Virus record (IMG/VR): IMGVR_UViG_2654587510_000002
Location: 3,053 to 67,052 of that record
Length of the DNA: 64,000 nucleotides
Origin: a virus
Taxonomy: Duplodnaviria > Caudoviricetes
Direction: 5' to 3' (one strand)
Under the pieces are notes generated by a model, which did no database searches, was not told the DNA's origin, and was given only the letters and a program-made list of their open reading frames with translations. The position numbers and the translations under genes were made by a program. Below are positions 46,324-56,371 of the stretch, one piece after another. Numbering within the stretch: the first letter of the stretch is position 1; each line of letters opens with the position of its first letter.

Positions 46324-47732
46324 TTCTTAACACAACGCAACACGTTGTCACGATCGGAACTGATGTAACCGACCAATGGCAGTTATCTGATGATGTTTTT
46401 GAGGGAACTCACCGCCTTAGGCAAAGGAAGATTAAGTATTTGCCTAAGTTAGAGGGCGAATCGAAAGAAGCCTACGAAATGCGACTTAAAAGAGCCGTAT
46501 TGAAGAACAAGTATAAAAAGACTCTCACTAAGGCAGTTGCCAACCTACTCAAAAACGGAATCACCACCACATTCGAAGAGGCAAACGTAGACGGGAAAGG
46601 AACCAACTTAAAAGCTTTCCTCCGAAAGATGGGAGTTAGAGCCGTTAAGTATGGAATCAGTTATGTGCTTGTCGATACGCCAAGTTTTGAGGGAGAGCCG
46701 AATACCTTAGAAAAGGAACTTTATTCGATTAAACCGTATTTCTCGATTCTCGATAACCTAACGGTCACAGAAATTAAATACGGCATTCTTGGTTCAACCA
46801 TTGAGCTTCAATACTTCGAATTTAAAACCACATTGCCGGAATACGAGGGAGAGCTAAGAAAGGTTTATGAGCTCCACGTAGATGGTGACACCAAGCTTGT
46901 GCAATGGCGAATTGAAAAGGAAGAGGGCGAGGGTAAAGAACGCCGATTACTTGAAACTGGAATTATCGATATTCCCATTATTCCCATCGTCCCTGTATAC
47001 GGCTCAGATAATGATGATGTGTTTGTGAACGTGCCTCCTTATCTGGATTTGGCTTATTACAACCTTATGCATTTTCAAGCCACTTCTGATGCGGGTATCG
47101 CTCATTTTGTTGCTGCTACCCCAATGCTCTTTATGCGTGACTCATCGGTGGCCAAGCGTGATGACAAGGGAAACGTCATTGAAGACAAGATCAACATATC
47201 CCCCTGGTCAGTAATCAAAACGAGCGCCAATGATAGCGAAGTTAGTTGGGTAGAAACTCAAGGCGCAGCACTTACCCAGCATCGCGAATGGTTAACGCAC
47301 ATTGAGACAGATATGGATGAACTGTCCATGAATCTTAATTTGCAATCCCCTGACGCTACAGCTACCGCGAATAACCTACAGGCCGCTGATAACCAAGCCG
47401 GAATCGAATTTGTGAAAGACGAGATTGAGCGTGCCGCTAGGATGCTAATCAAAATCGTGAGCATCTTTGATTCGTCTATCCCTACTGGCGAGTTTGAAAT
47501 TAACGCAGTGGGTATTGGCACGATTACACCGGAACAAATAGCAACCATTGAAACGCTACATGGCAAGGGCCTTATATCTGATGAAGCTTACGTTGAAGTA
47601 ATTAATAAAACGCTGCCCTTTGATATTGAATACGACAAGGACGCAGAAACCGAAAATGACGAGAATCCGAATAGTGATCCTGATGACGAGGAACTAGAGG
47701 AAGAATCTCAAGAAAACGAAACTGAGGAATAA
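46320..47732 (+). CDS. Portal protein (DUF4055-type)
   Basis: YLPKLEGESKEAYEMRLKRA, PPYLDLAYYNLMHFQ; position after terL. Confidence 0.88.
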   Translation: MILNTTQHVVTIGTDVTDQWQLSDDVFEGTHRLRQRKIKYLPKLEGESKEAYEMRLKRAVLKNKYKKTLTKAVANLLKNGITTTFEEANVDGKGTNLKAFLRKMGVRAVKYGISYVLVDTPSFEGEPNTLEKELYSIKPYFSILDNLTVTEIKYGILGSTIELQYFEFKTTLPEYEGELRKVYELHVDGDTKLVQWRIEKEEGEGKERRLLETGIIDIPIIPIVPVYGSDNDDVFVNVPPYLDLAYYNLMHFQATSDAGIAHFVAATPMLFMRDSSVAKRDDKGNVIEDKINISPWSVIKTSANDSEVSWVETQGAALTQHREWLTHIETDMDELSMNLNLQSPDATATANNLQAADNQAGIEFVKDEIERAARMLIKIVSIFDSSIPTGEFEINAVGIGTITPEQIATIETLHGKGLISDEAYVEVINKTLPFDIEYDKDAETENDENPNSDPDDEELEEESQENETEE

Positions 47733-47734
47733 CT

Positions 47735-48403
47735 ATGCCGATTGATACTAACGAGCTGCAAGAGTGGCTAAATACCGATGATGGTAAAGCGTGGAATGAA
47801 ACGCACACCTCTGATTTGCGAACCGAAGTTGGAACGTACAAAGGAAAAGTGAAGGAGTTTGAGACGCAAAACAAAGCGCTTTCTGGTGAAGTTACCACTC
47901 TTAAAGCTGATCTTGAGAAAGCCGTCAAAACTCCCGAAGAAATGGATGCTGACACAAAAGCTAAGATTTCGGCATTAGAGGGGAACCTCAAGGAAGTGCG
48001 CGGCCAAAACTCCGGCTTGATGAAAAAGATTCAAACAGGTCATGTAAACGGCTTGATTGACCAAGCTATCAAAGCAGAGGGCGGTAATCCTGACCTGTTG
48101 TATTTACAGGTTCGCACTCGAACGGTTGTAGATACTGACTCACAAGGCAACTCAGTTATCCACGTTGTCGATGACAAGGGTAACAAGATGTATGACCAAA
48201 ACGGCAACCCAGCGGGTGTTGATGCGATTGTTCGTAGCTTAAAAACGAATGACAACTTTAAACCTGCATTCAAAGAACAAGTTAAATCCGGCTCAGGCCA
48301 TCACCAATCCTCCACTTCAAAACCAAACGATAAAAACGCGTTAGATATGGACGTTAAAGAACTTAACGATCCTAAAAGCCTAGAAAGCTTGCTGTTTAAG
48401 TAA
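47735..48403 (+). CDS. Head scaffolding protein
   Basis: Coiled coil, KSGSG motif; precedes the capsid gene. Confidence 0.78.
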   Translation: MPIDTNELQEWLNTDDGKAWNETHTSDLRTEVGTYKGKVKEFETQNKALSGEVTTLKADLEKAVKTPEEMDADTKAKISALEGNLKEVRGQNSGLMKKIQTGHVNGLIDQAIKAEGGNPDLLYLQVRTRTVVDTDSQGNSVIHVVDDKGNKMYDQNGNPAGVDAIVRSLKTNDNFKPAFKEQVKSGSGHHQSSTSKPNDKNALDMDVKELNDPKSLESLLFK

Positions 48404-48456
48404 GTCTATTTCACTCGTAAATCAAAACTACTAAATTAAATACTGGAGAATTTCCT

Positions 48457-49467
48457 ATGCCTGAATTTCAAGGTGAATACGTACCAGAGAATGGTCTTGA
48501 GTACATCATTGCATCAAACCTAAAGAAAAACCGCTTAGCTACTTCTGGCTCAATGACAACAACACCTATGACCGTTGCGAATGCAGGTTATCTAAATGTT
48601 CAACCTTTCTGGGGCGATCTGCCGGGTGTGTTTACAGATAACCTCACTGGTCAGCCGCTTAATTTTCACGAAATTGATGGTGGTAACTTTTCCGCTCCAA
48701 TTCTGAACGTTGAAAACGGTTGGACTCGAGAGGGCGTTAAAGATGCATTCACGATGGGCGATCGTCGCGTAATTATGGAAATGCTAGGTAAAGTATCTAA
48801 CTTTTCTATTCGCGAAATTAACCGCCTTTCCTTGCTTATCTCTGTTGCGGCTACAGCGGGCGCTAACACCGATGAGTGGCCGACAGTCATGGATATGTCG
48901 GATGTTGGCATTGGACTAGCGCACCGTCATATCACACGCGCTCTAGGTATGTTTGGAGAGCAGCAAGACGAAGTAGGTACGCTTTGGGTTCACTCTGATG
49001 TGCAAGTACATCTAGACGAGCTAAACCTTATCTCAAACCAAGCTGCTTATCCTGGTCAATACATGCCTTATGGCCGTGTTGGTAAATTAACGCTGATGGT
49101 GGATAACACTCTCACTCCTGCTGTGGTTGAAGATGACAACGGCGATGATGTGAATATTTACCCAATGCTGCTAGGTGCGGGTGAGTTCTTTGCTTATGGC
49201 GATGGCTCAATCCCTGCGAAAGTAGCGGAAACTGATCGCGATGTGACAGGCGACAACGATAAGCTGGCGACTCGTCAGCGTATTTGTCTGCATACCTTTG
49301 GTACCCGTTACGAGCCAGTTCAATCAAACCGAGCGGCTACACTGGCCGAAGTTCTGGACGCTAACAACTGGCACTCATCATTCGAAAACGTAGAAACGGG
49401 CGGCTATCCATTCCGTACAGCGCTACTCATGGCGTCACTTAACGATTTCGAACCTGCTACGCCATAA
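48457..49467 (+). CDS. Major capsid protein
   Basis: PFWGDL, VHSDV..L, ETDRD, LDANNW; position and downstream terminator. Confidence 0.85.
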   Translation: MPEFQGEYVPENGLEYIIASNLKKNRLATSGSMTTTPMTVANAGYLNVQPFWGDLPGVFTDNLTGQPLNFHEIDGGNFSAPILNVENGWTREGVKDAFTMGDRRVIMEMLGKVSNFSIREINRLSLLISVAATAGANTDEWPTVMDMSDVGIGLAHRHITRALGMFGEQQDEVGTLWVHSDVQVHLDELNLISNQAAYPGQYMPYGRVGKLTLMVDNTLTPAVVEDDNGDDVNIYPMLLGAGEFFAYGDGSIPAKVAETDRDVTGDNDKLATRQRICLHTFGTRYEPVQSNRAATLAEVLDANNWHSSFENVETGGYPFRTALLMASLNDFEPATP

Positions 49468-49493
49468 GCTCAAGCTGAATTGAATTAATCTGC

Positions 49494-49519
49494 AAGCCCT
49501 GCATAGGTAGGGCTTTTTT
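49494..49519 (+). terminator. Intrinsic terminator
   Basis: AAGCCCTGC-ATAG-GTAGGGCTTTTTT. Confidence 0.8.
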
Positions 49520-49535
49520 ATTGTTAGGGGATCAC

Positions 49536-49865
49536 ATGTACAAAGTAGAACAATTTGAAAATACAGCTGAGTTAAAAGAGTACGCGAAAAACCGCTACCA
49601 GTTAGATATTCGCGGAAACCTAAGCCTAGAAAATGCGATTGCCTCATTTAATGAGCAACTAAACGAAGCGAGTAAAGCTATGGAAAATTCGAAAACAGAA
49701 AAACCGCAAGACACACCAACCCCAACACAAAAGCCAAAGAAAAAAGAAACGGCGGCTGAACGCGAACAGCGCATGATGCGTGGCCAAAAGCGTAAAAAGA
49801 ACATTGCTTCTGCGTCAGCATTGCAAATCGTTCGTGACGGACGCAAGGCGCGAGGTCAGCGCTAA
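49536..49865 (+). CDS. Hypothetical (HeH-like N-terminus, basic C-terminus)
   Basis: AELKEYAK...LDI pattern. Confidence 0.6.
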   Translation: MYKVEQFENTAELKEYAKNRYQLDIRGNLSLENAIASFNEQLNEASKAMENSKTEKPQDTPTPTQKPKKKETAAEREQRMMRGQKRKKNIASASALQIVRDGRKARGQR

Positions 49866-50356
49866 TGTATTGCACCATGGAACAAGCCGAAGCGTACTTT
49901 AATGATTTTTATGGAATCGACAGTGAATGGGAGTATGTAGACGAAGACGTTAGACGCAATCTGCTAAACCGCGCAACCTTAGCAATTGATAGTCGTTTTG
50001 GTCAGTCCTTCCGTGGCGAAATTTACGACCAAGAACAAGCTAACTTATTTGGCAGAACGGAATTTGTAGATGGTAACGGGCGAACCATTCCAGAAAACAC
50101 AATTCCAACCATGCTTATTAGAGCAACGGCAGAACTCGCACTCATGGCGTCTCAGGACGATGATATTTTTGGAGCTGATAATCGCACAGGTATTCAGTCT
50201 GAAAGCGTCTCCGTGGGCTCTGTGTCGACTTCTACGGCTTATACCAATAACGGATCTTTTACTGATGAAACTGGAATGATCTCCGTGATGTTATCTGCCT
50301 TACTTACGGGTAACTCGGATTCCTCATTCTCGTTCGGTCAATCCTCAAGGGGGTGA
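49865..50356 (+). CDS. Head-tail adaptor (DnaT-like family)
   Basis: YCTMEQAEAYF, IP..LIRATAELAL, SESVSVGSVS. Confidence 0.8.
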   Translation: MYCTMEQAEAYFNDFYGIDSEWEYVDEDVRRNLLNRATLAIDSRFGQSFRGEIYDQEQANLFGRTEFVDGNGRTIPENTIPTMLIRATAELALMASQDDDIFGADNRTGIQSESVSVGSVSTSTAYTNNGSFTDETGMISVMLSALLTGNSDSSFSFGQSSRG

Positions 50357-50357
50357 T

Positions 50358-50669
50358 ATGGCCCAATTCAACTACGCCAAGACAAAGAAAAAAGCTCAAA
50401 AGGTAATACGTAATGCGGGAGCCGCTTTTATTGTCGAACGTAATGGCCGCAAGAAGCGCGGCTACATGGTTATGGATGGCGTTGAGAAAGGGTGGCGTGA
50501 TGATCATTTAACGGAAACAGAAACGGCAACTTGTATTTGTGATATCGAAGTGCTGCAAGGTGATGTGCTTCGATTCTCAAAGCTCAAGATTGAATACCGC
50601 GTACTAGATAGCTCACCAGAACAACCAAATGGTGAGCCTCTTTTCTGGAATGTCTCTATTTCGAGGTGA
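50358..50669 (+). CDS. Head closure protein
   Basis: Position and size. Confidence 0.65.
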   Translation: MAQFNYAKTKKKAQKVIRNAGAAFIVERNGRKKRGYMVMDGVEKGWRDDHLTETETATCICDIEVLQGDVLRFSKLKIEYRVLDSSPEQPNGEPLFWNVSISR

Positions 50670-50673
50670 TCAC

Positions 50674-51240
50674 ATGGTTACTCAAGAAATTGATTTAAAC
50701 AAACTGGCAGAGGCGTTAGGTAAATCACTCACAAACAATATCGGCTTTCTCGCAGAAGAGTTAGCCGATGTGATCATAGTCAAAGCCCCTGTAGAAACGG
50801 GGCGCATGGTTCGCTCCATTAATGTGAATGATGGAAATAATCCCGTTTTAACGGATACCTATCGCAGCCAGAAAATTGAGAAAAACGTTCAAGGCGTTAA
50901 GGCCTCTCAAAAACTAAAAATTCGCAGTGCTGTAAACAGACGAATTAAGCGCAGAGGCGTTAATCGTAGAGCAAATATTTGGTGGATCACTTCTGCCGCT
51001 CCTTACTCAACTCACGTTCATAGTGGCCAAGCTTATCGAAACCGCATCAAAGGAATGCCAAGGCGACAGCAACGGGCAGCGTTCGCCAACATGCGCGACA
51101 AGATGGAACAGCGAGGACAAACGCAGTACGAGCGTAAAACCGGACAAGGCCATAACTTTTTCAGTATCAAATCTAATGAATTAGCTAGTGCCGCTAGAAA
51201 GGCCGCAAGGCGCAACCGACTGAACAAGGTGAACGTATGA
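50674..51240 (+). CDS. Neck/tail completion protein (HK97 gp10-like)
   Basis: APVETGRMVRSI, APYS..VH.G. Confidence 0.78.
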   Translation: MVTQEIDLNKLAEALGKSLTNNIGFLAEELADVIIVKAPVETGRMVRSINVNDGNNPVLTDTYRSQKIEKNVQGVKASQKLKIRSAVNRRIKRRGVNRRANIWWITSAAPYSTHVHSGQAYRNRIKGMPRRQQRAAFANMRDKMEQRGQTQYERKTGQGHNFFSIKSNELASAARKAARRNRLNKVNV

Positions 51241-51626
51241 TTTCAGATATACACACTGGCTTTCACTCCCTCATAGCTGACGCACAGCTCGGCATCGATG
51301 TTAAGTACGAAAATTTGGTATATCAGCCCCAGTTAAAAGAGGCCTATGGAATATTCCAATTGGGTCCCGTTTCTACTGAACGGCAAAGCCAAGGTAAGTG
51401 CTCATGTTTGACGTATGTAGGAGAGGCCACGTTAACAATCAAAACCGATGTTAAAACGGGCGTTGATGAAGCGTATCAACTTGCTGACAAGCTAATCACG
51501 TTCATCATGGAGAACGGGCTCTATTCTGGCTTGAAAATGATTGAGCCGCCATTTGTGGGGGCTACCGAGCAAGAGTTTGATTGGTTGGCTTTACCAATAT
51601 TTATCCCTTATCAAAAGGATTCCTAA
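51237..51626 (+). CDS. Tail terminator
   Basis: VKYEN, G...AYQLAD; position. Confidence 0.72.
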   Translation: MISDIHTGFHSLIADAQLGIDVKYENLVYQPQLKEAYGIFQLGPVSTERQSQGKCSCLTYVGEATLTIKTDVKTGVDEAYQLADKLITFIMENGLYSGLKMIEPPFVGATEQEFDWLALPIFIPYQKDS

Positions 51627-52639
51627 TGACTAACAAACGAGTCACGAAAACTACTGGTGCGAAAATAGCGAGTGGTTCTAACGTAATATTGAAGCGTGTA
51701 TTTGAGCCGACATTTGGTGTGGCGGGTGATGAAATAGAGCAACAACGTTTTACCACTTATTCGCCATCATTCACCAAGAACGAAGCAACCGACCCAACGG
51801 TTAACGGTAATCGACAAGATACAGAAACGCGATTTACGACAAGAGAGCTTACTTTTTCACTTGAAGCTGTTTTATCTCACGCTGACCAAGATCCTCTCAT
51901 TGCTTCTGCTATGTGGTCCAATTGGAGTGATACGGATGAAAACGGAGAGCGCGTTATAAGCATTGGTTCTCCTGCTGTTATGTCTTCTTACACGTATGAA
52001 GCCGACCAAGTTGATATCGATACACAAAGACGCTTCAAAGGCTTGGCCGTAAACAGCATGACCATCACATCACCTCTAGATGGTAATACGTCTGTCACTT
52101 ACGAAATGATTGGACAGGAAGAAGTAAAGGTTGAGACGGCACTAGGTGACGCTACACCTTATGAAAACAATCAAGCCTATACACACATTGGCGGTGAGAT
52201 TGATTTTGCAGGTATTGAAGATTGTATCATTCAGTCGTTCGATGTGACGATCACCAACAATGCAGCTGCCGATTTTTGTTGGGGTGAACGTGGTGCACAC
52301 TCAATTACAGAAGCGAACGTGGAAGTAACTGGAAACCTCACTCTTTTCTACATCAATTCAGTTATCAACGACATGTATCTCGATGATGCAGAGGGAACAT
52401 TAAACGTGATCTTGAAAGACGAGGACGACAATGAGTTTGAACTCGATTTTCAACGCATTCAAGCCACTGGCGCGGATAACCCATTCGCAGCCGGACAGCG
52501 CGTTGTCACATTGCCGTTTCGTGCATTAGCCGCGAAAGACGGTAGCCATGATGCGCTTACTATTAAGGCGCGTGGTTATAGCGATGTTCCTGACCCTGAC
52601 GCATTAAAACTTGATACACCAGAACCACCACAAGAATAA
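51626..52639 (+). CDS. Major tail tube protein
   Basis: EPTFGV, RRFKGLAVNSM, EVTGNLTLFY. Confidence 0.85.
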   Translation: MTNKRVTKTTGAKIASGSNVILKRVFEPTFGVAGDEIEQQRFTTYSPSFTKNEATDPTVNGNRQDTETRFTTRELTFSLEAVLSHADQDPLIASAMWSNWSDTDENGERVISIGSPAVMSSYTYEADQVDIDTQRRFKGLAVNSMTITSPLDGNTSVTYEMIGQEEVKVETALGDATPYENNQAYTHIGGEIDFAGIEDCIIQSFDVTITNNAAADFCWGERGAHSITEANVEVTGNLTLFYINSVINDMYLDDAEGTLNVILKDEDDNEFELDFQRIQATGADNPFAAGQRVVTLPFRALAAKDGSHDALTIKARGYSDVPDPDALKLDTPEPPQE

Positions 52640-52640
52640 A

Positions 52641-52736
52641 TGCAATCAAACGGTTCTTCCTCGAGCTTTGCCAGGGAGAACTTTTGCAATCAATTCCAAC
52701 TCCTGCAGCAACCGGCAACAACCTAACTTGCAATCA
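52641..52736. repeat. TGCWATCA 44-bp-period element, locus 3
   Basis: TGCAATCA at 52641, 52685 and 52729. Confidence 0.9.
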
Positions 52737-52747
52737 AAAGGTATTTT

Positions 52748-53086
52748 ATGGCTATCGAAGTCGCAGCAAAACCCGTTATTGAAAAACTAGAAGACCTAGA
52801 GGTTTCGTTTCTATTTGAGGGTAACGAGTACAAAGTATTTGTTACCCCTTTTGGATCATCCCGATATTTCGCAGCAAGTAAGTTGCTGTCTCAATCAGAA
52901 AACCAAGGCGAACAGGCTGAGGGATTTAATCAATACGTAGCTACGCTTATCACTGGTTGGGACTCCCCTGAGTTTTTTGGTGGTGAGTATAGCCATCAGT
53001 TGGCATTGACTATCTGTGATAATCCTAAAAACATTTGGTTTACGTTAGCAGTTAGCAAGCAGGTGACAGAAACCGTAAAAAAGTAA
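52748..53086 (+). CDS. Tail assembly chaperone (gpG-like)
   Basis: LITGWD; ends in the slippery site A AAA AAG. Confidence 0.8.
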   Translation: MAIEVAAKPVIEKLEDLEVSFLFEGNEYKVFVTPFGSSRYFAASKLLSQSENQGEQAEGFNQYVATLITGWDSPEFFGGEYSHQLALTICDNPKNIWFTLAVSKQVTETVKK

Positions 53087-53445
53087 GCGAAGCTGAAAAG
53101 ACGATTATTGAGCAAATAAAAAACTCAACGGTATTGAATGCTGTCTGTGGCGACAATAAAACCTTGAGAGAACATCAGCTTTCAGTGCAAAAGGACTTGG
53201 CAAATAATCGATTTAAAAACCCAGAAAAGGTAATGACGTCGATTGGCGAACTGCTTAAAGAGCAGCAATTCACTAGCCCTAAGATTCTTGATGATGTCCT
53301 ATTTATTTTTAAGAGACTCATTCATTTATCTGCTGTTGAAATAGAAACTTTGTGTCGTCTTTATGGGGTGAGTCTTTTGCCATGGGAAATTGATCTTTTA
53401 TATAAAATGAAAGCCGCGAAAATTGAGGAGGTGTCTAATGTCTAA
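53077..53445 (+). CDS. gpT-like extension via -1 frameshift
   Basis: AAAAAAG at 53077-53083; the -1 frame is open into the 53134-53445 ORF (EI...LLPWEIDLL). Confidence 0.75.
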   Translation, partial: KKVSEAEKTIIEQIKNSTVLNAVCGDNKTLREHQLSVQKDLANNRFKNPEKVMTSIGELLKEQQFTSPKILDDVLFIFKRLIHLSAVEIETLCRLYGVSLLPWEIDLLYKMKAAKIEEVSNV

Positions 53446-54895
53446 TATCGTTACTGCGGTAAAAATTGCTGTCGACTCAGGGGCTTTAGATTCCGCAACA
53501 AGTAAAGCCGATGAGCTTAGTAAAACGGCAGGTGTAAAGATTCCCGATGGATTCAAAAAAGCAGCCACCAGTGCAGTTGCGGTTACGGCCGCTATTGCTG
53601 CTGCTGTAACTGCTGCAGAAAGCCTGAGTAACGAACTTGAGCAACAATCCCAACGTGGTTACGATTTTTATAACACAATGGATAGCCAAGTTAGACCTTC
53701 GATGGTCTACATTGCTGAAACTATCGAAGCGCAAAACGCAGCGTTAGATCAGCAAAAAGATTTGGCGGCCGTGGCTTCTGCAAATATGGCTATCGGTTGG
53801 AATAAGGTGAAAATTGCAGCGGGTGGGGTATGGCAGGAATATGGCCTAGGCATCAAGAATGCGGAGGAAGCGACAGATAAATTCATAAAGGATTTTGCTG
53901 ATAGCTTGGCAACAGACCAAATCAACGAAGAAAACGGTATACTGGATAACTTTTTCGGTAAGCGTGAGGCTATTGACAAGCGGTCGGAGGAGATTCAAGC
54001 ATCTATTCGTAAAGATATGGATAAGATGAATGAAGCTGCTGAGACTCTATCTCAGGCAAGCGCAGAACGCCGACTTCAAAGACTTGAAGGAATGAACGAT
54101 ACAGCCCGCGAACGGCGTGATAAGCAATTTGCGCAAGAGATTAAAGAGCGCGAAGCAGCAATAGTTTTAGCCGCCAATGATTCTCAAAAGGAAGCATTAG
54201 AGGCGGAGTTGAAGCGTTTCAAGGAGGCTCAAAAAAACTTCAATGACCATTTGAATGAGCAAGAGCAAATGGCAGCTGAGGCAGAGCAAAGGCAGGCGGC
54301 TGAGGGGGTTAGGCAATTATGGCTCAGGAACCAAGAGGCTGACGTCATACTTGCCGACCAAATAGGCAAAGAAAAAGAGGCGTGGAAAGAGCGATATGAA
54401 CAAGGCTTGATTGATGAAGAAGCTTATAAAATGGCTTTAACAGAAATCGAGGTGACGTACCAAAATGGATTGGCTGATATCAGAGAACAGGCAAATGCAG
54501 AAGCTGTAAAAGTTGCTAAAAAAGCGGCGGAAGATATGAGCAGTGCTACTAGCTCGGCGCTTTCTATTTTGGATGATGATTTAGCGAATTTATTTGATTC
54601 TATTAATTCACTGGTTTCTGTTTTACAGACGTTGAAAATGGTTGATGGTGCAGGTGGGATCTTTGGGCTTGCGGGTGGAATCGGAGGGAGCGGTGGCGGC
54701 CTTTCAAGCTTCGGGGGAATCTCAGTAGGTACAGTATCAGTAAGCGTGCAAGGTAATACTGACACTGTAGGAATGAAGAACTCAGCTCAAGAGGGTGTTT
54801 ACGGTGCTCTCAATGGCATTGTTAAAGATACGTTGGCTAAAGAGTCGAAGTATGGCGGGATATTCAATCCATCATCTGGAACACACAGAATGTAA
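53438..54895 (+). CDS. Tape measure protein (short, 485 aa)
   Basis: Ala-rich helical protein between the chaperones and the distal tail gene. Confidence 0.78.
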   Translation: MSNIVTAVKIAVDSGALDSATSKADELSKTAGVKIPDGFKKAATSAVAVTAAIAAAVTAAESLSNELEQQSQRGYDFYNTMDSQVRPSMVYIAETIEAQNAALDQQKDLAAVASANMAIGWNKVKIAAGGVWQEYGLGIKNAEEATDKFIKDFADSLATDQINEENGILDNFFGKREAIDKRSEEIQASIRKDMDKMNEAAETLSQASAERRLQRLEGMNDTARERRDKQFAQEIKEREAAIVLAANDSQKEALEAELKRFKEAQKNFNDHLNEQEQMAAEAEQRQAAEGVRQLWLRNQEADVILADQIGKEKEAWKERYEQGLIDEEAYKMALTEIEVTYQNGLADIREQANAEAVKVAKKAAEDMSSATSSALSILDDDLANLFDSINSLVSVLQTLKMVDGAGGIFGLAGGIGGSGGGLSSFGGISVGTVSVSVQGNTDTVGMKNSAQEGVYGALNGIVKDTLAKESKYGGIFNPSSGTHRM

Positions 54896-54896
54896 A

Positions 54897-54992
54897 TGCA
54901 ATCATTAGTGCTTTTCTCGAGCTTTGCCAGGATGTGGATTTGCAATCAATAACGTCTTGGCCACAAACCGGCACCGTGTTTGATTGCTATCA
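54897..54992. repeat. TGCWATCA 44-bp-period element, locus 4
   Basis: 8-mers at 54897, 54941 and 54985. Confidence 0.88.
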
Positions 54993-55424
54993 AACTTTAC
55001 GAGTGACCAAGCCTAGCTCTTCAAGAGCAGATGCAAACTCGCTTCTTAGCTCAAAAGTGAAATGATCATCTTTCGGCTTAGTTCCATCGTGTATGACTGA
55101 AAACCACATAATAGAATCATCCGCTTTTCTTCGCTCGGTTGGTATGACTTCTAATTCATCTGCAATCATTACACTAAAACTACCTATTAGGCCATTTGCC
55201 CCGTTGCCATGATATCCAAGGTGGTGGCCTATTTTCCTACATGTAGTTTTCATATCCTTTGAGTTGAAATGAAAATCAAACATCTTGAGGTGATTTTCCG
55301 TGAGTTTTTCTTTTTGAATCAAAGAGAGCAAAGCGTCCATGTAGTTTTGCTTCGTTATTACGTTACTTTCCATCACTAAGCCTGCGTAAGTAGTCTGCCA
55401 GTCAATTTTCATACTGTTTAACAC
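54990..55424 (-). CDS. Antisense moron, hypothetical wHTH-like protein (start uncertain)
   Basis: Opposite strand inside the tail operon. Confidence 0.65.
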   Translation of the reverse strand: MLNSMKIDWQTTYAGLVMESNVITKQNYMDALLSLIQKEKLTENHLKMFDFHFNSKDMKTTCRKIGHHLGYHGNGANGLIGSFSVMIADELEVIPTERRKADDSIMWFSVIHDGTKPKDDHFTFELRSEFASALEELGLVTRKV

Positions 55425-55533
55425 TGCTTTTAAATGTGCAGAAGAAGCGCTAGTTATTTTTTATACCAAGACTGCAAAATTTATAAGTTCTCATCGTTGG
55501 AGCTTGTATTCCTAAAAAATAAAAGGGGGAACA

Positions 55534-55869
55534 ATGTCTTTACCTCATAATGATTTACTAAGTCAGAACTCATCATTTCAAACTAGTCAAAGCATGCTGA
55601 TGATCCAATACGGTGACGGCTACGGACAGCGCGCAGAAGATGGGTTAAACAATACGCGCCAAATTGGTTCCCTAGTTTGGATTCCACTATCACTATCCGA
55701 GCGAGACGATATTCAAAGCTTTTGGCGAGAAAGCGGCGCAGTTAGAACATGGCTATGGACAGCTCCAAATGATACGGAACGACTTTGGAGGTTTTCTGGC
55801 GGTATTTCTGAAAATAACGTTGGCGATAAATACCTGCTAACTGTGGAAGTAACAGAAGAATTTGAGTAG
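55534..55869 (+). CDS. Distal tail protein (lambda gpM-like)
   Basis: QYGDGYGQRAEDGLN, WTAP. Confidence 0.88.
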   Translation: MSLPHNDLLSQNSSFQTSQSMLMIQYGDGYGQRAEDGLNNTRQIGSLVWIPLSLSERDDIQSFWRESGAVRTWLWTAPNDTERLWRFSGGISENNVGDKYLLTVEVTEEFE

Positions 55870-55876
55870 GTGATTT

Positions 55877-56371
55877 ATGAGTGCCAATGATCGTTATGTC
55901 GGTCAAATCGTTGCGTTATTTGAGCTGGATTTTCGCCGTATCAATGGGGGAGTTATTTACATTACCAATAACAGCTTTCGTGATAGGGATGTTGTTTGGA
56001 ATGGCACGTTATACACGCCAAATCCTATCTTACTGGAAGAACTCAGCAATTCGGTTCAAGGAACAAGTCCAACGCCAACATGTAAAATCGGCAACTTGAC
56101 GGGGATCTTAAATGAGCAAATACGACTAACGAGGGATCTTGTCGGCGGTAAAATAACGAGAACTTTGATTTATTCCGAAAACCTAGATGATGGGGACAAC
56201 CCTAGCTCGACTCCTTTCCAACCTCCCGAAGTGTTCTACATCAACAATAGCTTGAGAGATAAAACAGAACTTTCATTTAGGACTAGCACTCAGCTTGGCG
56301 CCTACCATACGCAGATACCCGCTATGAGAGCCACGGTTGATAAGTACCCGGGTCTTAAAAGGGTTTATTAA
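55877..56371 (+). CDS. Tail tip protein (gpL-like, short)
   Basis: LFELD, VVWNG..Y.P.PI, DLVGGKITR. Confidence 0.82.
   Translation: MSANDRYVGQIVALFELDFRRINGGVIYITNNSFRDRDVVWNGTLYTPNPILLEELSNSVQGTSPTPTCKIGNLTGILNEQIRLTRDLVGGKITRTLIYSENLDDGDNPSSTPFQPPEVFYINNSLRDKTELSFRTSTQLGAYHTQIPAMRATVDKYPGLKRVY

Noticed and set aside
55161-55168. TGCAATCA exactly 4x44 bp after locus 4
   Set aside because: Inside a coding sequence, and the intermediate 44-bp positions lack the motif; probably chance.
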